From the NCBI GenBank assembly GCA_000934665.2, contig JYFJ02003762.1, forward strand, positions 1 to 37,874: a stretch of DNA of 37,874 bases, given 5' to 3'. Under the pieces are notes generated by a model. That model saw only the letters and a program-made list of their open reading frames with translations, searched no databases and was not told the DNA's origin. Shown here in pieces: positions 1 through 12,414 of this stretch. The stretch's first letter is position 1, and each line of letters begins with the position of its first letter. The stretch comes from Catajapyx aquilonaris (taxonomy: Eukaryota). The position numbers were made by a program, and so were the translations under genes.

Positions 1-1365
1 AATGCACTTCCCAGCAAGCTGTTTATTTATTCCTGTTGATTGCAAAAGGGAAGATATGCGGTGATAAACGGTGTCGGGGAAGAAAGAAAAAGAAAACTAT
101 GCTCCGAGACGAGAGAGGGAGGGGGAAAAAAAAAAGTCGCTTCCCGCGGATTTGAACGTGGAGACTTCGGATCATGACGCGGACTGAGCCACGAAGACTG
201 TTTATAATTCCTTCTGCCGAATGCGCCCTATTGTCACCGAGCAGGTTTGCCGGGCATCTATAGTCGCCCATATCTCGAAAACGCTTGGCTAATGCAACTT
301 TTTACTTTCACCAGTGAATTTCTGGCCTGCGATTTACCCCTAGTGTCATTTTCGGGCCGATTGGCCGATGGCCCTACAGACACTTCCCTTGTAAGTGTAA
401 TTGAGGTCTTTATGCTGCAGAATTTTAGGGTAGTAAGGTAAGTGTACCAGTATTCACCACTGTCCATGTATTCACCAACTGAGACTGGAAAGCTAAAAAA
501 CAAGGGAGCGCGGCAATCTCCCAAGGATGTGTAACATCTGGCAACATTTCCCATCTCTTGGGGGCTGCCTCATCGCCGGGTGTCACCATTCGTGACCTAC
601 GTCGGGAAAGAGAAGCATTTGAAAAAGTTAGGTCTGATTTTTGCGGTGTAGCGCTGCTTTCCTTAGCATGTTCATTGAGAGATAAGTAGAAAATAAAACC
701 TTACATATAACGAAATGGGAGAGTTTGTTTTTGGTTTTTTGAGCGGAAAAGGAAGTAAATGTTTTAAGATTTTCAAATTTGATGTCATTTTAGGTAAATC
801 TTATGTAAAGAAAGTATTAGCTGGGTAGGGGATTACTGGAACCAAAAAACGTCGGATGTTCCAATATAATCCGCATGGATGTCGACTTCATGAAAACGGA
901 ATAATGCAATCGACAACAATCAATCATTGCTGATATTATGAAACTATGGATATTGCTGAATGTCATTATTGCCATGGTAATGCAATCAACAACTGTTATA
1001 GCCATACTTTTTTTATAGGTTACATTTTCCTAGCATCCCATAATTATAGGGAACAGCCATTTTCTCGCAAACAAGCATTCAGAAAAATGTTTTATCTCGA
1101 TTTTTGTGTTTTGGAAACTAATATGAACTAATAGACACAAAAAAAAATCAAAAATTCAACAAAAACTTTTCCCGGCATATCTGGGTTAAATAGAATATTC
1201 TGACATGGTGCTTTAAAATGTGGGTGTTTGTGGGCACCACTCTCACTCTGGCACAAATTGTGCACTTTTCATGAATTGTAAGTAGGCTTTTTAAAAATAA
1301 TACCTTATTATTTTTCTGACTCATGTTTCGCTTCATATCCACCTTAAAATGATTCTTCCAGAGTA

Positions 1366-1594
1366 CAGCGGGTTCCAAGTATTCAGGTCCTTTAGTTATT
1401 GCAAGTTTTGATCGAAGTTCTAGTTGGTATTTCTGTGTAGCTTTTTGTGTCCTGAATTATATAGCATCTGCTATATTAGACCACAACTGGGAATAATTGG
1501 GGGCCTCAATTGGGTCACAAAAAGTTCCACAAAAATAACAACTTTCTGCAAGATTTGTGAAAATTAAAAGGGCCAGAGTACTTGGAACACACTG
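1366..1594. mobile_element. Tc1/mariner-type MITE
   Basis: Imperfect ~28-bp TIRs (cagcgggttccaagtattcaggtccttt vs cagtgtgttccaagtactctggcccttt), TA on both sides. Confidence 0.7.
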
Positions 1595-1732
1595 TACTAG
1601 CATCTAGTTATTGTTATCTAAAGGTAACAGCAAGTATCAGGAACACAGGCATCGCTGGCTTACTATAACATATAATTAAAACCTATTTCATGTGTGTGAT
1701 GATTTTTTTTCTTTACCCTTTTTGCAAAACAG

Positions 1733-1927
1733 TTTATGGAAGTTGTCGGCAAAGTGGGCCAGCCAATTTCTGTGGAAGAGCTCCTGGACATTTTCAACCA
1801 TGCCAGCTATTCAGACTACATTGTGGTATTTCTTCGCCTGGTCACCTCAGGGCAGCTGCAGAGGGAGGAGGCCTTCTATGCTAACTTCATTGATGGGGGC
1901 CGGTCTGTCAAGGACTTCTGCCACCAG
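1733..1927 (+). CDS. OTUB1: Otubain (OTUB1-like) ubiquitin thioesterase, penultimate coding exon
   Basis: Acceptor ...aaaacAG|, 65 codons FMEVVGKVGQPISVEELLDIFNHASYSDYIVVFLRLVTSGQLQREEAFYANFIDGGRSVKDFCHQ, donor |GTtgga. Closely resembles the otubain C-terminal half (SDYLVVYLRLLTSG motif). Phase 0 to the next exon. Upstream exons with the catalytic Cys were not found in the window. Confidence 0.95.
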
Positions 1928-2232
1928 GTTGGATACTAGTTTAGTTTCCTGACCTTGAAAAGTTCAGGCATTTTTTATGCAAATGGGCCAAAGAAGCATC
2001 ACTGCAAAACATTGATGGATGCATGAAATTCCCTTTGCAACAGGGTTCTACATGAAATCTTGAAAACCCCCATTTAAAAATCAGCCATTCTCTATTTTAA
2101 AATCTCTGCTCAAAATTAAGTTCAAATGAGCTTTGGTTTTTCTATGAGATGTGGTCAAAAATGAAAATATTTTGTTGCAAAAGTGGGACCCATTTCAAAT
2201 ACCTCATAGTGACATCAGTCATGCCTAACATA

Positions 2233-2639
2233 GAGCTGCGTTACATGGACAGTCGCTTCGCTTCTATTTCAATACGAATCGGAAAGGTGCCCCTTCGGCA
2301 ACGTGTTACATGTCTGGCCTCTGAAAGCAGTGGAGTCCCCCTGACCCCTTCTCCCCCTCCTGCTGCTGCTCCCCACCCACTTCGAAAACCAGTAATTTGG
2401 GAAATTTTGGAGTTGGAGAAAAGAAGGGTCGAGTGATAAGGCAGTAGAAATCCTCTAAAAGGTGAGTGGTGCGCATCAAACCTTTTGATGCGCAGGTAAA
2501 TGGTTGTTCAACTGGCTGCGGCTCACTGGCTGCTCAGTTCAGTTGATGCGCATTTTCGCATGTTACATGCCCGAGATACTGCTTTGTAAGCTGCGTACCT
2601 TTCCGAACCGCCTCGAAGCGGCGTCATGTAACGTGCCTC
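2233..2639. mobile_element. MITE with 3-bp TSD (PIF/Harbinger-like?)
   Basis: TIRs gagctgcgttacatg / catgtaacgtgcctc, flanked by ATA on both sides. Confidence 0.55.
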
Positions 2640-2651
2640 ATATATAGCTGA

Positions 2652-2814
2652 ATTGAGTTATCAGGCAATGTGACAGTATGGCATGTGGTATTGGGCAGTA
2701 GTGAGGATTAAAATTTTTATTTTAATCCTCATTACCATCCAATCAGTAATGTTACACTCTGCATTGTTATTGGCGCATGCAATACTGTACTGTCACATTG
2801 CCTGATGATGCAAT
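2652..2814. repeat. Inverted-repeat (foldback MITE remnant)
   Basis: atcaggcaatgtgacagta pairs with tactgtcacattgcctgat; inner hairpin gtgaggattaaaa/ttttaatcctcat. Confidence 0.55.
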
Positions 2815-4582
2815 TTGGCTTACAGATGGCTATGCCGTTATGACATTGCTTAGAGAACCATATGCAGCTAAATTAGCTCTATAATGGCATTCTATTTGCT
2901 GTAGGCAAAACTAGGTCTCCAAAGCGCAGGGTATTGTCGGATTATCATTGACAGAGAGTCCAGAATTGTTTCATGGGTGGATGATGCAGGAGAAATCCAA
3001 ACTGGGGGTTACAGATTTAGAAGAAAATTGACAATAGTGCATTATAAAGTAATCACTAATGTAGCAGTAATTTTCACTTTGTCAACATTGCTTAGACCCA
3101 GATTCAGAATTGACTACATTAGAATGTCTCAACAAACCAACCAACGCTTTATTGACGGGTTTGTTTATTTTGCAAATTTCCGGGCCGTGTATTGCTGCAA
3201 ATCGATTGCTTGAAGTGCAACCAATGCATGGAATGATTGATTAAGGGTGATGGGGTAGTGCTGCTGATGGTGGTCGGAGGAAAAACCGATCCAGGAAGGA
3301 TCCTTTGTTGTCTACTGCTGCTGGCTCTTCAGGCAAGGGGACAGCCAGCACCGCCAACGGCACTATGTGAACGCTGGTAAATTATATGTGCGTTTTGAAC
3401 GTGCCTGCATGTGGTGTATTGATTTTTTGGGCCAAAAAATGAAGTTATTTTGGAGTTGTTTCATACTGGGCTTGGACTACTTCTTTGAAACTGTTTTTGG
3501 CTAGGGTACATGATGATCTACCTTACATCAGTTTCAAATATGAAAAGCCAACCTGCAAAACATGACACATCTGCCTACAATTCACGATACCAACATACGC
3601 CATTACAATGTCAACTACAATACATCAAGATTGGTATATCAATAGAATAGTAACGTGGCAGGACAAGAAAGTGCCAGCATTGGTACTTGGTGAATGCCAT
3701 GATACCCATGACAAGGGAGAGAATGATGGGTAGAGATAGTTGAGTCTTTCCCTGGAGTGGGGTGACCAGATGGAGCACATTTAATCCCTTATTACCCCTC
3801 CTCGACCAGTTTCAACCTGTGAGTGTCTCGATCACTTGACAAATCTTTGGAGCCTAGCTTGTCAAAGGAGTTCAGTGTCCCTTGAAAGCAAATCATTTGT
3901 AGCCATGTAAAATCTGCAACTCCTGTGACATGTGAATCACGTTACTGTGATTCCCATAATATGAAGAAAGGATCATGACATCAGGGCAGTCGGTTTCACC
4001 TAAATCATTGGTCTTCGAACTTTTAGTTGTTGTGGAGCTCTTTTTTTCTCTACAGAACATTGCCAGAACCCCGACAATAAAAAGCCATATTTCATGCCGT
4101 AACACTGTGGCATGATACTTTTTTTCAATTGACTAAATAATTCAGCTATTACTACAACTTTGTTTGTAGAACCTTTCAGTAATTCCTGCAGAACATTGGT
4201 TAAACATCACTGACCTAAGTTGTGGCCACATCATGGAGGTAGCACATGATAATTATGCAGTCTGAAGCATGCCCCTGGGTGTTTTATTTATTTTTCCCGC
4301 AATAGGCACATAACTGGTAGTGCAACAGATGTGTGCCATCAATATGATGTTTTACAGAACTGAATGCAGACCCAGAGCCTACCTACCTGTGACATGAGGT
4401 AGTGAAGGGCATAAGTGGGGCTTATAGGGACTTGGCCAATTCCCAAATGCCTCGCTCAGGGCCCTAGGGTGCTAGCAGGGCCCATTTTCGCTGCTGCAAT
4501 GTGATATTATAAGGAATGCAGGTCGTTTGTTTACCCGGTATGAGTGTTCCAACATGCTGCAATGCCAAAAAAAATAATTATA

Positions 4583-5531
4583 CGAGGGCAGTACTAAAAT
4601 GATCTTGACTTTATCTTTTTGCCACAAATACTGTACAGGTCGACAGATATAGAATTATAGATAGAATCCTCCTGGAGCTGAATGCACTGGTGTCATGGGT
4701 GTGGCAACCTCTCCAGGCCCTCCAGGAACCACTCTTTGGAGGTGCGGCACACCCACTCCTGGACAACTGCTTCCTGTTCAACAATGTCCTCTAAATAGCA
4801 TTGGCAGAGCGGTTTTTTCATGTCTCTGAACAGGCAAAAGTCACATGTAGCCAGGCCAGGGGAGTATTTTTATTTATTTATATATTTTTTAATTTATTTT
4901 ACTCCGTGATGTCCCTTATGGGAGCTATAGGGGGGAGGCATACCACCATCAGTTTTCTGATAGATTTTCGCTTCAATCACCGGTGCAAGGAAACAGGGAC
5001 AATGGGAAAGGATAGGGATTTTTGGGGAGGGAACATGGGTGCAAGGTGCAATGTCGTAGCTAATGGGTCATGTGCTGTTCCCGAGGAGGTTAGGTTGCCA
5101 GACACCTCCTTGGTGCAGGTCAGAGACCCTCCTGACGCAGGTGAAAGGAAAGTTCCCCAGGCGGGGATCGAACCTGGGGCCTTTCACTCAGCAAGCCGTG
5201 ACGTTACCATCACGGCCACCACACCTCCCCAGGCCAGGGGAGTACGGCGGGTGTGTAAGCACCCAAAGCTGTATCCATGAAAATAAAACCCTTCGCTGAC
5301 GCCATTTCGAGGACATTGTTGACTGTTGTTTACTGCAAGCAGTTGTCCTGGAGTGGGTGCGCCACACCACAAAAAAGTGATTCCTGGAGGGCCTGGAGAA
5401 GTTGCCACACCCATGACACCAATGCATTCGGCTCCAGGAGGATTCTATCTATGTGTGCCTATCTGCTGACCTATACGGTACTGAATTTGTGGCAAAATAA
5501 TAAAGTGTAAATCATTTTAGTACGCCCCTCG
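4583..5531. mobile_element. Mariner-derived foldback element made of two inverted 3' ends, with a SINE insertion
   Basis: TA-cgagggc...gcccctcg termini; ~230-bp inverted arms each carry decayed mariner C-terminal coding (EWV...FLEGLEKLP..HQCI); THPPYSPGL|ATCDF motif split by the SINE. Confidence 0.85.
4867..5228 (-). mobile_element. tRNA-derived SINE family A
   Basis: Pol III A box (TGGCCGTGATGG) and B box (GGTTCGATCCC) on the - strand; 16-bp TSD ccaggccaggggagta at 4851-4866 and 5229-5244; A-rich tail. Confidence 0.92.
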
Positions 5532-5630
5532 CATAATTGTTTCAGTTGAGCAGCATTTTTATGAGACACGTCACTTCAGGTAAACAAGTAACAATGTGGA
5601 CTTTTATTGGAGTAAATTCTTCTTTGACAG

Positions 5631-5828
5631 GAAGTGGAGCCAATGTACAAGGAGAGTGACCACATTCACATTATTGCCCTGGCCAGCGCCTTGGAGGTTG
5701 GGGTCCGCGTACGTTACATGGACCGTGGGAAGGAAGGGCAAGTGGTGGCCCACGACTTTCCAGAAGGGAAGCATCCCTCCTTACACCTGCTATATCGTCC
5801 GGGACACTATGACATTCTTTACCCCTGA
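5631..5828 (+). CDS. OTUB1: Otubain (OTUB1-like), last coding exon
   Basis: Acceptor ttctttgacAG|; EVEPMYKESDHIHIIALASALEVGVRVRYMDRG...LLYRPGHYDILYP-stop, containing the otubain catalytic-His motif YRPGHYDILY. Confidence 0.96.
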   Translation, partial: EVEPMYKESDHIHIIALASALEVGVRVRYMDRGKEGQVVAHDFPEGKHPSLHLLYRPGHYDILYP

Positions 5829-6362
5829 CCTCTTTTGCCTTGGTTTTTTATTGCTCTTATTATTAATTATTATTGATTAATTTTATTTTTCGTGCCTTTA
5901 CCTGCCATCAGCCCTATTTGGAATTTCACCACTTCAAGAGAGGAAGATTTAAAAATGAAAGGAATAACAATGTGTTTCATCAGATGTGAGACACAACAGT
6001 TAACTTCTTTTTGTTGGGATTTTTTTGTGTCAATGTTCCAGATTGATTGCTGATTGAATGATGTGCGAAAATGGGAATTACATGTCTTGTTATTTTGCCC
6101 TCCTCAAGGTATTTATTTTCCAGGTTGCATTTTTCTCTGTGGGTAGATAAAGGCGAGATGCAAGTTTCACTGGAGTTTGTGATATGCAACATTATTCAAG
6201 TTGGTTTTTGCGAGCTGAGCATAATGTTTAGGGTGGGCCAAAAATTCCAATACCTCCTCCTGATTTTTGCTAATAGAGTACAAATCAGATGTGATATTTT
6301 ACCAAATGATGCAGAATTTCATGCTGTTCATTATAGCAAAACCATGATCTGGGTGAACAGTA

Positions 6363-6368
6363 AATAAA
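6363..6368 (+). promoter_or_regulatory. Probable polyadenylation signal of the otubain gene
   Basis: AATAAA about 535 nt after the stop, followed by a GT-rich tract (tgtgtgtgtgactgtgtgta) resembling a downstream element. Confidence 0.55.
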
Positions 6369-6445
6369 CTATCCAAGTATTGTGTGTGTGACTGTGTGTA
6401 TTGTCCCTGATAGTCAGAACTGTAAAAGGTAAAGTGTGCCACATA

Positions 6446-6869
6446 CAGGGTGTATCTGAACTCAGTGCCCCGGCGTATATGACTGCCTTCCTAGCCACCA
6501 GAGGATCGATTTAAGTATAGGAATCATTATGTTTGGCTGCCGCATTACGGAGATAATTGGGCGCAAACATGTAGTACAAAATATCCTGTCGGTTAGGCCA
6601 CCCATCGAACCCTCCCCCAGTCAGAAGGCTCTGGAAGGTCTGGGGGCGGGACTTTGTTGGTTTGTTGCCCACAGGTGGTAAGGCCTCTTTGGCTAGTTAC
6701 ACCAGAAAATTCTATTTAAAAGTCAGAAGGAGCGATTAGGCAAAAATCGCTAAAGAGTGTATCTCCGTAATGCGGAGGCCAAACATAATGATTCCTATAC
6801 TTAAATCGATCCTCTGGTGGCTAGGAAGGCAGTCATATACGTCGGGGCACTGAGTTCAGATACACCCTG
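6446..6869. mobile_element. Tc1/mariner MITE with ~110-bp TIRs
   Basis: TA|CAGGGTGTATCTGAACTCAG...CTGAGTTCAGATACACCCTG|TA with near-perfect inverted arms. Confidence 0.93.
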
Positions 6870-7390
6870 TATACACCAACCTCTTTTCTCTCATTACTGA
6901 ACAACAGCCAGAGCTCAGACAACATTGGCAGTATGGTTTTGAGGAGCAAACACAGATCATCAAAAATCTGACAGAAGCACTCCCATAGCAGTTAATGTGA
7001 AAAAAATGGACCAATTTGTTTCTGCACCTACATCATGTGGCAACACTCCATGGAGTAAACTGTGTTTCCTGATGCTCTGAGCATGGTTCCATAAACCTTT
7101 TCATTGCCCTGTTCCTGCTTTTTTCTACATCGGCATGTACAAGGTATACGTACAGTACATGACTCAAGTCCTGTGAATCATTTTGTATGATGCATTTTCT
7201 AGATGAGCAGTAGTATTCTTCATCTGCTATTAAAAGGCGGATGTTACCCACTGTCTTGTCTTAATACTACCCACTCCGGGCAATCCAATTCCATAACTGA
7301 TGGTGATAAGAAGTTACAGGGGACCGCGGGGATTAGGTGGATTTTTCCAAGTTTTTAGCCCGCCTCGCCTCCTCCCCAGTCCCTATGTTT

Positions 7391-8407
7391 CAGGGTTGTG
7401 AACCGAACCGAGCCCTTGCTCCTTGAACCCGGATAACATCAGACCCACTCCGGAGCAGTAGAGCCGGGGTCGGAACGAGTGTCAGAACTTAGTTCGGGTT
7501 CGAACCGGTTCAGGGGAGAGTGGAGCCAAGGTCGGAGAGGTTCAGAGCTTGGTTAGGTACAACATACCAACCCAACAGGGGGAAAGGCAGTAAAAACGCT
7601 GGATTTACTCCAGATTATGCATCATGTTTTCATGGTGGGAGAATGACATTTCCAAGCACTCGCGATACAGGGTGTACTGCAAATGTCATATTTTGATGTC
7701 ATACGCATTTTGTATGCCACAATAGTCATACCCATTTTTTGGATGTCACGTTCTCATGTCATACGCATTTGTTGTATGTCACATTTTTATGTCAGTCATA
7801 CGCATTATTTTATCATATTGTAACATACAAAAAATGAGTATGGCATAAAATGTGACATACAACAAATGGGTATGACATATTGTGGCATACAAAAAAATGT
7901 ATATGGCACATTGTAACGTACAAAAATGCGTATGACATAAAAATGTGACATGCGCCAAATGCGTATGACATGAGAATGTGACATCCAAAAAATTGGTATG
8001 ACATTGTGACATCCAAAAGGCGTATGACATTGTAACGTAGAAAAATGCGTATGACATCAAAATGTTACATTGCGGTACACCCTGTATCGCGGGTGCTTGG
8101 AAATGTCATTCTCCCACCATGAAAACATGATGCATACTCTGGAGTAAATCCATCGGTTTTACTGCCTTTCCCCCCGTTGCGTTGGTATGTTGTACCTAAC
8201 CAAGCTCTGAACCGCTTTGAACCGCTCCGGAGCCGTTGGCCTGAACCAAACTCCGAACCAGCTCCGACCTTGGCTCCACTCTCCCCTGAACCGGTTCGAA
8301 CCCGAACCAAGTTCCGATGCTTACTCCAAACCCGGCTCTACTGCTCCGGAGTGGATCCGATGTTATCGGGTTCAAGGAGCAAGGGTTCGGTTCGGTTCAT
8401 AACCCTG
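7391..8407. mobile_element. hAT-type palindromic MITE
   Basis: CAGGGTT...AACCCTG termini, perfect 8-bp TSD ctatgttt (7383-7390, 8408-8415), arms inverted over more than 300 bp, central array of TGTCATACGCATTT-like units (~7680-8065) in inverted orientation. Confidence 0.93.
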
Positions 8408-8708
8408 CTATGTTTACCATGAAGATAAGTTGAGTAGCCAACATGGATATGGGGTATTCCGGGTCTTTTGCATCTGGCAACTCTCCTCCAAAACCCCAGA
8501 AAACCCATGCAGTCTTTTCCTGGATGGCCTATAGGTGTGCAGTTGTCATGCCATGTGCATGATAATTTCTGAGGAACCTTGTGAGAAATTCATGGCATAT
8601 GACAACTCCAGGCTCCTTGTCCATCTCAGTTATTGCTTTGGAATGGGTAGCATTTAGGCATTTGGTGGGATTTGTCTTTTAACAGCAAACAAAGTATACA
8701 GTTTGTAA

Positions 8709-8906
8709 AGGGGCGTTCAGACGAGGCAATTTGGTTGCAGCAACGTGGCTACCTGAAATACACGGAGAGAATAGGAACCTGGTTGCAGCCCCCGGTTGCA
8801 GAAAAGTTGCAGCATTTTTTGGGTTGCTGCAACTTCCTATTCTCTCCGTGTATTTCAGGTTGCATGCAACCAGGAGGCAACCAAGTTGCCTCGTCTGAAT
8901 GCCCCT
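8709..8906. mobile_element. Tourist/PIF-Harbinger-like MITE
   Basis: TIR aggggcgttcagacgaggcaa / ttgcctcgtctgaatgcccct; TAA TSD; internal inverted repeat gaaatacacggagagaataggaa. Confidence 0.85.
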
Positions 8907-9196
8907 TAATAATTTAGCTAGTCTTAACTCTAATTGGATGGATGCCATTTTGGATGTTTTGAACATTTTGGGAGGGGTCAACCAAAAAACCTAATGGCAT
9001 CTTGTTATTGATGTGAAATAGTTGAAACTGCATTCAAACTCCATGTCTAGTATTTGGAAAGCAAAAAACCTTGTGTATTCGTTGAAAAAGGGGCGATTTG
9101 GCTATAACAGACCATTTTCCATGGTCCCATGAAGCCTGTTATAGTTATCCTGATTCAACTGTTCTAACATATACGTAATGTTTACAACTGAACATG

Positions 9197-9499
9197 CAGT
9201 GGAGCATCGATTATTATCCGAACACCGATCAACCGAACCATCAGTTTACCGAACGTTTTCGGGTAGGCAAAAATTGACATTTTTTCCCCCTAAACTGTAG
9301 GACTACTATGTAAGGACAGTAAGGTATATGTACAGTATTTTTAAGACGTGCCTGTGACAGAAAATATAGTTTTGTGGTTAATATCACTGTTTCTTAGTTT
9401 CATGTGACACTATGACACCGGTACAATTTTTTTCCGTAAATGATCGGTTATCCGAACACCCCCTGGGCAGACTCTGTTTGGATAATCGATGCTCCACTG
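9197..9499. mobile_element. pogo/Tigger-like MITE
   Basis: cagtggagcatcgattat...ataatcgatgctccactg|TA; subterminal (A)CCGAAC repeats. Confidence 0.8.
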
Positions 9500-10059
9500 T
9501 AGTTCCACTGAGTTAGTATTTGGGCAGGAAATGTTGCCTGGGTTTAGAGGAAGCCATCTATGCCAAAACTGGGAGGTCAAGGTCATCAGCCATTTTTTGT
9601 GGATTTTTTCTTGTAATGTGGAGAAAATTCATCATTATTGAACATCAGTGAAATTCTTCAGCCTAAAATGCACCCAGAAACCACATAATATTTGGAAAGA
9701 CTTAGGTTTTGCCATCAAATCTCTCTCCCCCCCCTCCCCCCTCCCCCCCCCAATACGTGACACCTGACCTATTAGGGTCAAGTCTTAGGGGCATTAGCGA
9801 AACAGCTCCAGATGCCCTCAAAGTATGCACTTTTGCAAAATTGCATCATTTGCATTGGACTGAGGCTGGTCCATCAAATAAGAAAAATTCACTCTTATGT
9901 AAATTCTTTTCTGTTGTTATTATTTTCAGCCCATGGTCTCAACACCATAGAATCAGCGTCGCAGCATCGAGAAGTAACTGTCACAATACCAAATCTGACT
10001 CTTCAGTGCCCTCGGAAAGCACGGTCACTGGGCATACTCCACTACAAGACGTGTTTCTC

Positions 10060-10686
10060 TGTAACATCAGTCAGGTCGCTAATCACCATTGCGAGGTTTG
10101 TGACCGAATGATGTACACAAAGGGTCACAGGAGGATTCCTGTGACAAGTGCAATGCTACAAATGCTCGAAAATGTGGCAAACAACTACCCGGATGACGTT
10201 AAGTCGATTCTGATTCCAAGGGTTGGCGATCAAATTGGTCTGTGTCAACTGTGCTACATCAGCTTCAGGTGCAAAACTCCTTGCATCCCACCCATTGCCT
10301 TGCTCAACAATATGTACATCCCCCACACTCCCGACGTCCTTGACCTATTGTCCGCGGTTGAGGTGAGACTTATCAGTCGTGTTAGGCCCTTCCTCAAGAT
10401 ATTAAATTTGAATAAGGGCAGGGGTCAGTTAGGCCTCAGGGGAGGTGACATTCATTTCGCCTAGAATATTGAGATCTACGAACAGCTGCCGATGGCAACT
10501 ACAGACTCTGGAACCATTGTTGTGTCAGAGTCTGTGGAGAACGTGATCCAGTCTTCAATGTGCCAGTTGCGCCCAGCTTTTCTGCACGCCGCGTTGCTAT
10601 GGCTGGTCGCAAACAACGATCTCTACAGTAATGTTACCATTGACGAGCTGCGTCTTCAACATATACGAGCCGAGGACATCATGTGA
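10060..10686 (+). pseudogene. Helitron/Helentron Rep-associated DUF6570-like fragment
   Basis: CEVCDR...LCQLC...IPPIALLNNM..P.VL..LSAVEVRLISR...GQLGLRG..IHF*...LRP..LHAALLWLVANNDLYSNVTID matches the pattern I recognise as DUF6570. ORFs 9709-10464 and 10492-10686 are in the same frame, separated by a single TAG; truncated before the Rep/helicase domains. Confidence 0.8.
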
Positions 10687-10701
10687 TAAAAATAATTAAA
10701 T

Positions 10702-11003
10702 AAAACAGGCAGGTAAAACTGCCGAAAACTATTCTTCCTCTGGGTCAGATCAAAAGTAAGAAACAAGTCAATTGGGTGGGGTTGGTCCGTCTCATGGGAA
10801 TGGGTGAAATTCAATTGTAATTAAAAATATTTGAGACTTGGGGTCGGGAAGAATTAGGCGACCCCAAGTCTCGAATATTTTTAATTACAATTGAATTTCA
10901 CCCATCCCCATGAGACGGACTAACCCCAACCAATAGACTTGTTTCTTACTTTTGATCTGACCCAGAGGAAGAATAGTTTTCGACAGTTTTACCTGCCTGT
11001 TTT
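10702..11003. repeat. ~300-bp near-perfect palindrome (~145-bp arms, 12-nt loop)
   Basis: aaaacaggcaggtaaaactg...ggggtcg [ggaagaattagg] cgacccc...cagttttacctgcctgtttt. Confidence 0.92.
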
Positions 11004-12226
11004 TTAAGTATTGGTATTGATAATGAAAATCATCATGATAGTAATTAAAAACCATCATTTGCCATTCAGAATCATCTTTATTATGTTGGTCCTCCCCTCC
11101 CACACAATTGTTAGGGATGGGAGGTAAAATTTTGGCAAAATTTAAAACAATTTTATGTTGGTTTATTTCCATATAACGAGCTCATATGAGCAACCACAAA
11201 AATTTTACTGATACGGCTGTAAGCTCCAGTCTGAAATTGATCTAGAGTAGAATCTGGATTATACAGAACAGGATGGCTTAGGTGATACAACTTAATTTTA
11301 CAAGAATAACTGCTGTTAACCAGGTCTGAATCATTTGTCATATTGGCATTTTTTGGTTTAAAAAGGTATTGGAAAAAATTTATGTGAGCATGGAGCAAGA
11401 GGGTATTGGAACTTTCAGGCCATATCCTTCATGGTTGTTATGCAAAGTTGCAAGATTACAACTATCTTTGTTCATGACTGACTTGTGAATGATAAAACCA
11501 AGACCCAGTAAAGATGCTATTGTTGTTTGTACTACATGATCTCTTTGTCATGCAGAAAGGTCTGGTTTCATTAGCCTTGGTCTGAGGCTGAAACATTAGA
11601 TGAATTTTATGGGTTCATTTCTGAATAGTGATTTTTAAATCAAGCACATAAATATGTGTCATATGAAGACCTGCAATGCAAAAGATCTGAGTCGCATTTG
11701 ACTCATTTTAAAATGCCAGGATTTGAAGTTTGAAGAGTTTGTTATCCCTTATGCAATGTAGGTTTCAAAATTTTTGCAAGGGGCTGGAATTTCTCTCAGA
11801 AAGCTGATTTTACCATCAGAAAGTAACCTGCAAGGATTATGTAATAGACCTATACACCTAAAAGTGTGACTGATCAATATGCATTTCAGGTCTTGATGAG
11901 AAAAGGTTGTGTAATTGAGTGTCATTATTTGTTAAAAATATGAACTTGTATGCAATAATTTCACTGACTTTTATGCAAACTGTGGGTGAGAGAAAATATA
12001 ACCAATTGCAGATCTTTGTTAATTATAAATCAAAACAATATTGGTTGTAGTTAAAGTGACACACACATGCAGGCCGAAATACCACATTATCAGGGATTCA
12101 GTGTAACAGGCCTACACACACTCTAAAATAATTCAAGAAATAAAATAATTACAAGGAAAATAAATGAGTTTCATCATTCTGAATTACTCGTGGAGATTCA
12201 TGTTACATATTTAGCAGTAGACTAAC

Positions 12227-12414
12227 TTATCGGACCTCATATGAAGAAGGGAACTGCTTAAAATCAACATCATCGTAGAAGAGAAAATCGTTGAGGATAT
12301 ACGGAAGATCCAAGCTGTAGATTACTTCTTTGACCATCACTCCTGGTTGGAGGTTGTGAGACATGAACTCCCTCAAGCTGGCTCTGGTCAAGTGAGCCAG
12401 GCTGGGAACCTTAT
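12227..12414 (-). CDS. ASB-like protein, last exon encoding the SOCS box
   Basis: Not in the ORF track. Acceptor tttcAG (phase 1); KVPSLAHLTRASLREFMSHNLQPGVMVKEVIYSLDLPYILNDFLFYDDVDFKQFPSSYEVR-stop, matching the BC-box (PSLxHLxR) and Cul5-box (LxLPxxLxxFL) pattern. Confidence 0.92.

Noticed and set aside
7680..8065. Regularly spaced ~25-bp repeats resembling a CRISPR array; ORFs 7779-8060 and 7813-8016
   Set aside because: No unique spacers, orientation flips at the centre, located inside a hAT MITE in eukaryotic DNA, no cas genes; the ORFs are repeat artefacts.
10462..10464. Stop-codon readthrough or recoding in the DUF6570 ORF
   Set aside because: The element is truncated, so a nonsense mutation in a dead transposon is the simpler explanation.
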